Source of the DNA: Balanoglossus misakiensis
Lineage: Eukaryota; Animalia; Hemichordata
Length of the DNA: 64,000 nucleotides
Direction: 5' to 3'
NCBI GenBank assembly: GCA_040954595.2
Contig: CM082580.2
Location: 10,986,809 to 11,050,808, forward strand
Position 1 is the first letter of the stretch; each line of letters opens with the position of its first letter. The notes below the pieces were generated by a model. It did not search any database. It saw only the letters and a program-made list of their open reading frames with translations, and was not told the origin of the DNA. Of the stretch, positions 40,181-50,700 are shown one piece after another. Made by a program: the position numbers and the translations under genes.

Positions 40181-40297
40181 AAAGTTGACATCATTTGTTG
40201 ATGCAAAGTTTATACAACCCCCTACTATATAGTTAATTCACTATTGTCTGCTGCCGAAGTTGTAATTCTTACACTAATTAATCGTATTCGTCTACAG

Positions 40298-40401
40298 ATA
40301 ATGTGACAAGATGGTGTCATCCGAACGGCACGTGGGGTAAAGCCAATTATACCAACTGCCATCTGTTAGATGACATCTATGACTACGACTTAGAAGATGA
40401 T
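40298..40401 (+). CDS. CRHR: CRF/DH44-type receptor exon: ECD C-terminal half and stalk
   Basis: tctacag|(D)NVTRWCHPNGTWGKANYTNCHLLDDIYDYDLEDD|gtaagt. RxCxxNGxW...NYxxC motif. 104 bp, phase 1-0. Confidence 0.93.
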
Positions 40402-42230
40402 GTAAGTATCCCATGTTCAACGAATTCTCGCAACCGCCTGTCAGGTTGCTCAGTCGGCGCCGCGGGCGCTCTGGTACCTTGATGAAGAACCCGTGCCCCT
40501 TTCTCTGTTCTTATTGCAAGATCGCTACTGATTCAGAGTTCCCTACCGTGAGACAAGCACACGTCACACACCGTTTTATTGTGACTCTTGCTTGTTTAAC
40601 AGGTATTTTAAGTACAACGTTAATCCAGTGGAAAGCCGCCTACGCGATCATTAGCAATCTTGAAACACTCTTTAGAGTCACTTCAGGTTTTCTAAAGTGA
40701 ACGCCGAAACGTGACAGAAATAGTGTACACAACGCACGTGTATGCCTTTAAACTTTTCGAAGTTTCATAACACACCCCCACTAACCAGATATACCGCAAT
40801 GACCGAAGGGACCCGAGGTCTGAAATCATCTGAGAATTCAATATGGACAGATTCTGTGGGCGGAGTGTTTGAACCTCACACTAAGGGCTGTGGAAAAAAT
40901 AGTCCATTTAGTTCTACGTTATCACTACATTTTATAATGAAATGAAGGTACGGCTCCGGGCAGTGATCTCCGACATCAAGATTTTTCATTATTCAGTTGC
41001 AACGTGTAATATGATTGTTTTTCTGTTGAAAGGCGAGTGGATGTGTTCTTCACAGTCCACGGTAGAGAATTCAGCCAGAAATGTTCTCAGTATAACAATA
41101 CCTCATCGGAAACGATAAACCGAGTCCCCCGGTATACATGTATTTTCATATGTAAGCATGATTTTGCAGAACAATTTTTTTCCCCGCTGGAAAAAGGTGT
41201 ATCGTACACTCTCTTTCTTCCTTGTATATATGCATGCGAGTGAATCACCATAGACAATCTAAAATCATTCAAATATATATACAAGTTGCTGTTAAAATCA
41301 GTAGACAGATCAAATCACCCTGACTTACTTCAGAGAAAGACCTTCTTTTAATGCATTTAATTCACCAAGAGATTTAACTTCTTATCTTTTGAAAGCTTTT
41401 CGCGTGAAGTATAATTGACACAGGGATTTATTCAACTCGACGACTCTGTGTCTGGGACGAAATGACCTGGAAAAAGTCGTGACTATAATTTTATCTGTTT
41501 GTCATTATATATTTCAAGGCTGAACAGTTCTGATTATAATGCTACTTGCCAGTAAATGTGTCATATCGTTCGACTTCATATTCGATTTCATGTTTGACAG
41601 TGTTGAGAGTCAAGAGGGGTCGGCTAAATTTAAGCGAGTATACCTTGTGTACTTCGAATGTAAAGTTTCATTTAAATCGTGCAGATTTGAGGACGTCATG
41701 ATGTCGGGTAAGAAGTACGACAAATGGTTTCTTTACGGTAATTGTCGTGAAGTCTTACACCGAGGTATTTTGTTTTATACCACTCGAATCTGTGCGTTAA
41801 GCCAAACTATGCCCCCGGCGGTAATATGTTTTCATTTAAAGCAATTTTGCTGAGGTGTGTCTCGCTGTAGCTTGCGAAGTACGTCTGCTCTCACCTAATA
41901 AATTAAGCCAGTCAGTAAAAAAACAGAGAAGGCTGATTCCAGGCTTATATCGAAATTATTTTGGTGCTCAACCAAACGCTCCAAGTTCGAGTATTCACGA
42001 CAAAGCCGACGCCAGTGCTTACTGCGTCAATGCAATTCCGTCGGGAGCCACGACTATATTGAGATTGATTTGCATAATTTCATCAGTGTATGTCCAGGAT
42101 GCACTGTATTTCATACATTTTTACAGAGAAAGTTTTCAACACGACATCGATATTAATACGAGTCCCTATAAAATATTTTTTTGGTACACTGTAAGTCAGT
42201 TTTATTCACCGCCCGCCTGTTTTGTTCCAG

Positions 42231-42337
42231 GGTATACCACAATATCATTTGGATCTCGTCTTTTATATCATGCTGATTGGGTATGGGGTGTCGCTGGTGG
42301 CGCTGTTCGTTGCATTTATCATCTTTGCAGTGTACAA
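42231..42337 (+). CDS. CRHR: CRF/DH44-type receptor exon: TM1
   Basis: ttccag|GIPQYHLDLVFYIMLIGYGVSLVALFVAFIIFAVY(K)|gtaaga. 107 bp, phase 0-2. Confidence 0.95.
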
Positions 42338-42589
42338 GTAAGACATGTTCTTTGAAATTGTATAAATGTGTGTGTACGTGCGTGTGTGAGTTAGTTGAAC
42401 AATCGCCGATTGCATTTTTGCATTGATTAAATCAAGTTGCAATATTTGTAATTCGGAGAAAGTCAGAAAACAATCTGAGACACGGTATTTGAGAACATGT
42501 GATTAGTAGATTGTGTGTACTTCTGAATACCGGTTATATTTACCACGTAGGTTCATTAAACCATAGTTAATACTTTCTTGTTATCTTAG

Positions 42590-42710
42590 GCGACTGCGGT
42601 GTCATCGGAACAACATCCACTGGAATCTGATCAGTACATTTATTCTCCGCAACGTGGCTTTCCTTATCATCTACAAATACATCACCTTTGAAACGAAGGA
42701 GCAAAATGGG
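42590..42710 (+). CDS. CRHR: CRF/DH44-type receptor exon: ICL1 and TM2
   Basis: tcttag|RLRCHRNNIHWNLISTFILRNVAFLIIYKYITFETKEQNG|gtaaac. The CxRNxIHWNLIxxFILRN stretch is CRF-receptor-like. 121 bp, phase 2-0. Confidence 0.95.
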
Positions 42711-42950
42711 GTAAACATTTGACATTATTAACTCATTCTGTCGGCGTAACCCAATCCATTTTTGGCAGTGTCATTCAAATCAGGCTTACTTTCCTTTGTT
42801 CTTCCCTGACAGAATTTGCATATTATGTTTGCCTCATGTGAAGCAGAAAAATACTTTTGTTAGCTCTAATCCCACATGTGCATCCTTTAATATGCTAAAT
42901 CTGTACAACTTGTCTGCCATTCTCATTAAGTCTTTCCCCCAATTCCCCAG

Positions 42951-43104
42951 GCGGTGTGCCGTCTTCTCACTACACTATACAACTACTTCCAAGAGACTAA
43001 TTTTTTCTGGATGTTCGTCGAGGGATTGTACCTCCACACGGTTATCGTCATGGCCTTCCAAGCTGAAAAAGTGAAATTTTGGACGTACATGGTCATCGGC
43101 TGGT
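42951..43104 (+). CDS. CRHR: CRF/DH44-type receptor exon: TM3, ICL2, start of TM4
   Basis: ccccag|AVCRLLTTLYNYFQETNFFWMFVEGLYLHTVIVMAFQAEKVKFWTYMVIGW|gtaagt. Class B signature NFFWMxxEGxYLH. 154 bp, phase 0-1. Confidence 0.97.
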
Positions 43105-43266
43105 GTAAGTCAAGCTTTTTGTTACCCCCGCTTTGAATAATGGGTTGGTCAACTTGGTTGATTGATTGATTCGTCGATAATTGAAGAGATTGGCAAAAGC
43201 ATGAATTCATAACAGGTTAAGTTGTAATAAGTGTTTGTAAACTCTTCTACTGTTCATCCATTTCAG

Positions 43267-43327
43267 GTGTACCGTGTCTTTTCACTTTTGCCTGGGCGAT
43301 AGTCAAGTACATATACGAAGATGAACA
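43267..43327 (+). CDS. CRHR: CRF/DH44-type receptor exon: TM4 and ECL2
   Basis: tttcag|(C)VPCLFTFAWAIVKYIYEDE(Q)|gtaagt. 61 bp, phase 1-2. Confidence 0.95.
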
Positions 43328-43502
43328 GTAAGTGAAACTACTCATTCATAAAACGAAAGCGTGCAATGTTATTAAGTAGATGGCGCTCGTATGTTCTATT
43401 TCCATTTTCCTCAATATATCACTTCGCATAATACATGCACAATTGCATCAAATGTAATTATAACATATTGAAAGTTGCTTTGGTTTTCACTCTGTTTTTC
43501 AG

Positions 43503-43575
43503 GTGTTGGTTTCCTCCTAACAGCGTCACGAAGTATGATTACATATTCCAGGGACCAATCATGGTCGTTCTCTTA
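43503..43575 (+). CDS. CRHR: CRF/DH44-type receptor exon: ECL2 and TM5
   Basis: ttttcag|CWFPPNSVTKYDYIFQGPIMVVLL|gtaagt. CWF...DYIxQGP is CRF-receptor-like. 73 bp, phase 2-0. Confidence 0.95.
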
Positions 43576-43790
43576 GTAAGTATACACACGCACATTTGCT
43601 TTGGTGCTGTGGGTTTTCGCTGATACTATTAAAGTGATTGGAATCTTACGGTGTGCAATGATGAACTAGTGTCAGTCTATGTCATGTCAGCATATCAAGC
43701 TTAATTCAGCTAGTGTACATAGCGCTGTCATAGTGCTGCGTGTGTCAGACTGCTTTTTTATATTTTAAAAATAACTGTCTGTCTTTGCAG

Positions 43791-43876
43791 ATCAACTTCA
43801 TCTTCCTCTTCAATATCGTGCGAATACTGATTACGAAATTAAGGGCGTCAAACACCCTGGAGGCCAGACAATACAG
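43791..43876 (+). CDS. CRHR: CRF/DH44-type receptor exon: TM5 and ICL3
   Basis: tttgcag|[28 protein letters not shown](R)|gtgagg. Very close to the vertebrate CRHR ICL3. 86 bp, phase 0-2. Confidence 0.97.
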
Positions 43877-43882
43877 GTGAGG

Positions 43883-43903
43883 TGATAATGATGATGATGA
43901 TGG

Positions 43904-43978
<75 letters not shown>
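43883..43978. repeat. (GAT)n trinucleotide microsatellite, about 32 units, intronic
   Basis: Near-perfect GAT run starting 6 bp into the intron after exon 43791-43876. Confidence 0.97.
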
Positions 43979-43979
<1 letters not shown>

Positions 43980-44216
43980 ATACCTTATGTTTGCCAATGG
44001 CCCGCACTGGCGTCTCCAGACGTTGCCTGTTTTTCTGATTTGGCGATAAGATGCAGCCGTATAGTGCCAGAGGTTCAAAATTTGCAACAAGATCACCACT
44101 TCCAACACCGGGGAAGGAATTATTTCTCATTTTAAAAGGAGTCCATTTGCTCAGCGGTACACCTGTTCCCGATTGCCTTTCCCCTCCATTAACGGCAGCT
44201 ATAATCTCACCCACGA

Positions 44217-44236
44217 TCTCTCTCTCTCTCTCTCTC
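44217..44236. repeat. (TC)n microsatellite within the polypyrimidine tract
   Basis: About 10 tc units just upstream of the acceptor at 44256. Confidence 0.85.
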
Positions 44237-44256
44237 CACATTTCCCGCCATTTTAG

Positions 44257-44437
44257 GAAAGCGGTGAAAGCCACCGTGGTCCTGCTGCCTCTGCTCGGCC
44301 TGACCTACGTCTTGTTTTTCATGAACCCGTCTAAGGATAGTCTCACGGCGCACTTGGTATTTCTGTATTTCAATTCGATTCTGCAGTCCACCCAGGGACT
44401 GTCCGTAGCTGTCTTCTACGTCTTCCTTAATGGCGAG
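44257..44437 (+). CDS. CRHR: CRF/DH44-type receptor exon: TM6, ECL3, TM7
   Basis: ttttag|[60 protein letters not shown]|gtgagt. 181 bp, phase 2-0. Confidence 0.97.
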
Positions 44438-44814
44438 GTGAGTACATCACTCAACTTTAACCTGTCGTGGGCTACCGGGTTTGAGGGAGCGCCAACAACC
44501 ACTTAGTACTGACCGCCCGTGGCACCGATGTAAATTCCAGTAATTGCACTGATCACAATCACGTGACCTGCATGAACCGAATGTATTGATCGACAATGTT
44601 CCTCGGTATCAGCACAGCTGGTAACTTTTCTACAAGTATGTCAAACGTTTTCTCAGTCCAAGAGGAATCAGAGTTGCAACTGGTGATAACTATTATATTA
44701 GCTATGAGTTTAGAATGTTTAATGTTTCAAAATCACGGAGAATAAACAGGAGGGTGTAAAGACAATAGCGGCACATCAGCCAAAAGATAAAGGGTTCCGA
44801 TCGTTTTCTTTTAG

Positions 44815-45051
44815 GTAAGATCGGTTATGCGGCGTCACTTTACCCGTTGGAGAGACACCCAATCCCTTGGACGACACCGGAATTTAAGAAATCAGTCGAT
44901 CGTCAGCTCAGCCTCAAGACAGGGACTCACACTCAACATATTCAAAGACTCCAGAAGGAAATATTCCAAGGAGTCGAGGACAGAAATAGAAGTTGTCTCA
45001 CAAATGAACAGCAACGGTACGCCAAACGGGGTAGAACCAACGCACGTTTAG
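44815..45051 (+). CDS. CRHR: CRF/DH44-type receptor last coding exon: helix 8 and C-tail
   Basis: ttttcttttag|VRSVMRRHFTRWRDTQSL...NGVEPTHV*. 237 bp including TAG. Helix 8 resembles vertebrate CRHR (VRSAxRKRWHRWQD). Confidence 0.92.
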   Translation, partial: VRSVMRRHFTRWRDTQSLGRHRNLRNQSIVSSASRQGLTLNIFKDSRRKYSKESRTEIEVVSQMNSNGTPNGVEPTHV

Positions 45052-45364
45052 TTCTTGCGTACTTAAATTAAAGGAAAAATATATATATCATTGGCATATA
45101 TAGCCGCGGCAACTTACTCACCATCGCCTTACTGTTTGAAGGTTTCACGATGGAAAAATACATTTCTTTAAAGTGCGCCCGGGGAATGAGGTCGAGAAGA
45201 GTCTTGTTTCGGTGCTCAGGATTTGTGAAACGCAGAATCGGACAGATTTGTCGTACAAGGATGAAAAACTTCAAATTGTGAACACCAACAGCGAACTAAC
45301 AGACGGATTTCATGATGGAAGAAGGAAATGGCATACCACGATATTCCAGCGGTAAGACGTTGTA

Positions 45365-45370
45365 AATAAA
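45365..45370 (+). terminator. Candidate polyadenylation signal AATAAA
   Basis: AATAAA about 315 bp after the stop codon. ATTAAA alternatives occur further downstream, e.g. 47202 and 47270. Confidence 0.3.
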
Positions 45371-47436
45371 GACGATCATACATATCAACTCTCTTTAGAA
45401 CAACAATTTAATAATGTCACATTGAAATAGTTATATCTGAATTACGAAAAAGAAGTTAGAAACACCGTGTCAACAAAAAATGTGTCAGTCGCCATATTCC
45501 ATTGATACATGAATACTCAATGGAGCTGGTCATGAGAGTATTGTAGCTTTATAATCTGTATATTAGGTAAGACGAACTTTATGTCTCTGAAATATATAAA
45601 TACAGGGATTATTTCTCGTTTCTGCATTATTAATCTGAACTCAATTCAAAGTACTCTCAATGACGCAATCGCCTACAAGCTATAAGTGCAGAGTTTGTAT
45701 TAAATTGTGATATGAAAGAAAATCCGTGACGTCAGATTACATCCGATATCGGCGGTGATAGAAGGCATTTGCGATTTATGTCTTCTGTCAGACAACTGAC
45801 TTACCCGCAGTCCTGAACCGATCGTCTTATCGAATGTTTTTTGCTTTGACAGGTCTTCTGTATATATAAATACGGGCATTTTTCGAAAAATGCTGCACAA
45901 TCAACCAGTGAGTTAAAAATCATTTCAGTGTGTTTTACGCATGGTGATATAAGATGTAACAATTCTGCTTTAAGATGAATACCTTATGATGAAGCGAATA
46001 CGCTGCATATCTCTTTCTTTTGTACGTGACGTCATCTGTACCCATTATAGGCGTTACCTTGCAAATGTAACAATTTGACATTTCTGCATTGTGGGGTGGT
46101 AGATAGAAAAAACTCCAAATGGATGTTGACATTTTGCAGTTTGTGTTTTTGTTGAGTTTTCCTTTCACAAGCCTTGACAACTGCTTAGAGTAAATGAGTC
46201 GGCGTAAAGCTTTAGTACTGAAAAGGCGACGTTCGTCTTATGCGCATGTGCCAAACCAGAGACTCTGGTTACAAAGAAATTATACAGTCAATGCCGTAAC
46301 TAAAGTCTATTTATATGGAACATGGAATGAAGCGAAGCAGTCCACTATTTGAATGCGTCGAACGCCAAATTTGCAGAACATTTGGATTGGACGTAATGTT
46401 TACACACGAAATCACGCACATGCGCACAAGACGATCGCCAGCCAGCCTTTAAACCTCGTCTCAAGATGTACTGTACGATCTCACAGATTTGCAACCTGTC
46501 TTGCGTCCTCTCTTCATGACTTAAAATATTGAAGAGATGATTTACTAATATTTCTCAATATGAATTCCGCAGTATGTTTCAGGAGTCTTAGCATCGCCAT
46601 ATTATTTTAACCACGAGTAGCTTGTTCAAATTCTATGACTTGTATTTATCCAATTCGGCTAACATTCACATAGGTACAAGGAACGATACGATTACCAAAG
46701 AACCCCGTTTGGGGTGTGCTTTACTAAAGTCGAGTACGATTTGTTTAGAAACATATATCGTTGTCTAATGTATAAAGCTTGCGCTTTCTACATGTACATT
46801 AAATATGGCCAGGGATTTAAAGTTCATGATTTGTTTTAATGGTCCCATGCTTTTCTTTTCTTGATAAAATCGGGAAAACGGTATGTTTTTTGTCCGGCGA
46901 GCCGAAAAGAACGATGAAAATATTTTGTTTTGTTTGTTTTAACGCGCACTCTTGCATAAATTTCACCAAAAAGCCTTGGGTAAAAATCTTTACTTCAATT
47001 GTCTATGAAGTTCGATGGACACAAATGCGGATTTGCATAATCACGAAATATGAGGCAAAGGTTGCACATGCGCGAGTTCGTGCAATATTAATTGGAGTTT
47101 GTGCCAGTGTGTTCATTTCTTGTTATAAGCTCAAGTGGCAGCTATGTAATACAAGGCATTTTACCAACATGTTCATGTACTGTATCAGTTAATAGCTTGT
47201 TATTAAAACGGGAAAACCCATACAATGTATACACTCCGGTTTGCATGTTGCACAAGAAATAACAAAGATATTAAATGCTTTATGAACCCACTTGGTCACG
47301 ATCACGTGTCATTTGTTCAGCGGGCGGAATGCGTGATTTATTCTTATTTGCCAAAACCATTTGTAGTACGTGTATTTTAATGAATGGGATACCTTTAATT
47401 ACTCTTCATAAGCACCTGGCAACGGTGAGCTGGTAA

Positions 47437-47747
47437 GTGACAAAATCCCGACTTTGAGAATTTTGGTGTTTTAGTCAGGTTTCGGCGTTTTCATGGGTTA
47501 TAGCTCAAGAAAGTTGTCAAAACGTGACAAAATCTTGACTTTGAGAATTTTGGTGTTTCAGTCATGTTTCGACGTTTTCATGGGGTGTAGCTCAAGAAAG
47601 TTGTCAAAACGTGACAAAATCTTGACTTTGAGAATTTTGGTGTTTCAGTCATGTTTCGACGTTTTCATGGGGTATAGCTCAAGAAAGTTGTCAAAACGTG
47701 ACAAAATCTTGACTTTGAGAATTTGGGTGTTTCAGTCATGTTTCGTT
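47437..47747. repeat. Divergent edge monomers (type A) of the 87-bp satellite, about 3.5 copies
   Basis: gtgacaaaat recurs at 47437, 47524, 47611 and 47698 (exact 87-bp period). Shares catggg.tatagctca, gtcaaaa, tgacaa and gactt with the main array. Confidence 0.9.
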
Positions 47748-50700
47748 CATGGGTTATAGCTCAGGAAAATCGTCAAAAAATGACAATTTTTCGACTTCGC
47801 GGAATTTCAAAATTTGGCCGATTTTTGAAAAAATCATGGGTTATAGCTCAGGAAAATCGTCAAAAAATGACAATTTTTCGACTTCGCGGAATTTCAAAAT
47901 TTGGCCGATTTTTGAAAAAATCATGGGTTATAGCTCAGGAAAATCGTCAAAAAATGACAATTTCTCGACTTCGCGGAATTTCAAAATTTGGCCGATTTTT
48001 GAAAAAATCATGGGTTATAGCTCAGGAAAATCGTCAAAAAATGACAATTTTTCGACTTCGCGGAATTTCAAAATTTGGCCGATTTTTGAAAAAATCATGG
48101 GTTATAGCTCAGGAAAATCGTCAAAAAATGACAATTTTTCGACTTCGCGGAATTTCAAAATTTGGCCGATTTTTGAAAAATTCATGGGTTATAGCTCAGG
48201 AAAATCGTCAAAAAATGACAATTTTTCGACTTCGCGGAATTTCAAAATTTGGCCGATTTTTGAAAAAAACCATGGGTTATAGCTCAGGAAATCGTCAAAA
48301 AATGACAATTTTTCGACTTCGCGGAAAATCAAAATTTGGCCGATTTTTGAAAAAAAACATGGGTTATAGCTCAGGAAATCGTCAAAAAATGACAATTTTT
48401 CGACTTCGCGGAATTTCAAAATTTGGCCGATTTTTGAAAAAAACCATGGGTTATAGCTCAGGAAATCATCAAAAAATGACAATTTTTCGACTTTGCGGAA
48501 AATCAAAATTTGGCCGATTTTTGAAAAAAACCATGGGTTATAGCTCAGGAAATCGTCAAAAAATGACAATTTTTCGACTTCGCGGAATTTCAAAATTTGG
48601 CCGATTTTTGAAAAAAACCATGGGTTATAGCTCAGGAAATCATCAAAAAATGACAATTTTTCGACTTTGCGGAAAATCAAAATTTGGCCGATTTTTGAAA
48701 AAAACCATGGGTTATAGCTCAGGAAATCATCAAAAAATGACAATTTTTCGACTTTGCGGAAAATCAAAATTTGGCCGATTTTTGAAAAAAACCATGGGTT
48801 ATAGCTCAGGAAATCATCAAAAAATGACAATTTTTCGACTTTGCGGAAAATCAAAATTTGGCCGATTTTTGAAAAAAACCATGGGTTATAGCTCAGGAAA
48901 TCGTCAAAAAATGACAATTTTTCGACTTCGCGGAATTTCAAAATTTGGCCGATTTTTGAAAAAATCATGGGTTATAGCTCAGGAAAATCGTCAAAAAATG
49001 ACAATTTTTCGACTTCGCGGAATTTCAAAATTTGGCCGATTTTTGAAAAATTCATGGGTTATAGCTCAGGAAAATCGTCAAAAAATGACAATTTTTCGAC
49101 TTCGCGGAATTTCAAAATTTGGCCGATTTTTGAAAAAAACCATGGGTTATAGCTCAGGAAATCGTCAAAAAATGACAATTTTTCGACTTTGCGGAAAATC
49201 AAAATTTGGCCGATTTTTGAAAAAAACCATGGGTTATAGCTCAGGAAATCGTCAAAAAATGACAATTTTTCGACTTTGCGGAAAATCAAAATTTGGCCGA
49301 TTTTTGAAAAAAACCATGGGTTATAGCTCAGGAAATCGTCAAAAAATGACAATTTTTCGACTTTGCGGAAAATCAAAATTTGGCCGATTTTTGAAAAAAA
49401 CCATGGGTTATAGCTCAGGAAATCGTCAAAAAATGACAATTTTTCGACTTTGCGGAAAATCAAAATTTGGCCGATTTTTGAAAAAAACCATGGGTTATAG
49501 CTCAGGAAATCGTCAAAAAATGACAATTTTTCGACTTTGCGGAAAATCAAAATTTGGCCGATTTTTGAAAAAAACCATGGGTTATAGCTCAGGAAATCGT
49601 CAAAAAATGACAATTTTTCGACTTTGCGGAAAATCAAAATTTGGCCGATTTTTGAAAAAAACCATGGGTTATAGCTCAGGAAATCATCAAAAAATGACAA
49701 TTTTTCGACTTTGCGGAAAATCAAAATTTGGCCGATTTTTGAAAAAAACCATGGGTTATAGCTCAGGAAATCATCAAAAAATGACAATTTTTCGACTTTG
49801 CGGAAAATCAAAATTTGGCCGATTTTTGAAAAAAACCATGGGTTATAGCTCAGGAAATCATCAAAAAATGACAATTTTTCGACTTTGCGGAAAATCAAAA
49901 TTTGGCCGATTTTTGAAAAAAACCATGGGTTATAGCTCAGGAAATCATCAAAAAATGACAATTTTTCGACTTTGCGGAAAATCAAAATTTGGCCGATTTT
50001 TGAAAAAAAACATGGGTTAAAGCTCAGGAAATCATCAAAAAATGACAATTTTTCGACTTTGCGGAAAATCAAAATTTGGCCGATTTTTGAAAAAAACCAT
50101 AGGTTATAGCTCAGGAAATCATCAAAAAATGACAATTTTTGACTTTGCGGAAAATCAAAATTTGGCCGATTTTTGAAAAAAACCATGGGTTATAGCTCAG
50201 GAAATCATCAAAAAATGACAATTTTTCGACTTTGCGGAAAATCAAAATTTGGCCGATTTTTGAAAAAAACCATGGGTTATAGCTCAGGAAATCATCAAAA
50301 AATGACAATTTTTCGACTTTGCGGAAAATCAAAATTTGGCCGATTTTTGAAAAAAACCATGGGTTATAGCTCAGGAAATCATCAAAAAATGACAATTTTT
50401 CGACTTTGCGGAAAATCAAAATTTGGCCGATTTTTGAAAAAAACCATGGGTTATAGCTCAGGAAATCATCAAAAAATGACAATTTTTCGACTTTGCGGAA
50501 AATCAAAATTTGGCCGATTTTTGAAAAAAACCATGGGTTATAGCTCAGGAAATCATCAAAAAATGACAATTTTTCGACTTTGCGGAAAATCAAAATTTGG
50601 CCGATTTTTGAAAAAACCATGGGTTATAGCTCAGGAAATCATCAAAAAATGACAATTTTTCGACTTTGCGGAAAATCAAAATTTGGCCGATTTTTGAAAA

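Noticed and set aside
41855-42355. 166-aa ORF overlapping the TM1 exon
   Set aside because: It is mostly intronic and in a different frame from the exon, with no coding features.
43831-44274. Minus-strand poly-His and poly-Ile ORFs
   Set aside because: These are translations of the intronic (GAT)n microsatellite, antisense to the receptor gene.
45173-45355. ORF in the 3' UTR as an alternative C-terminal exon
   Set aside because: Its open frame needs a phase-2 entry at 45220, but the upstream donor (44437) is phase 0. No homology recognised.
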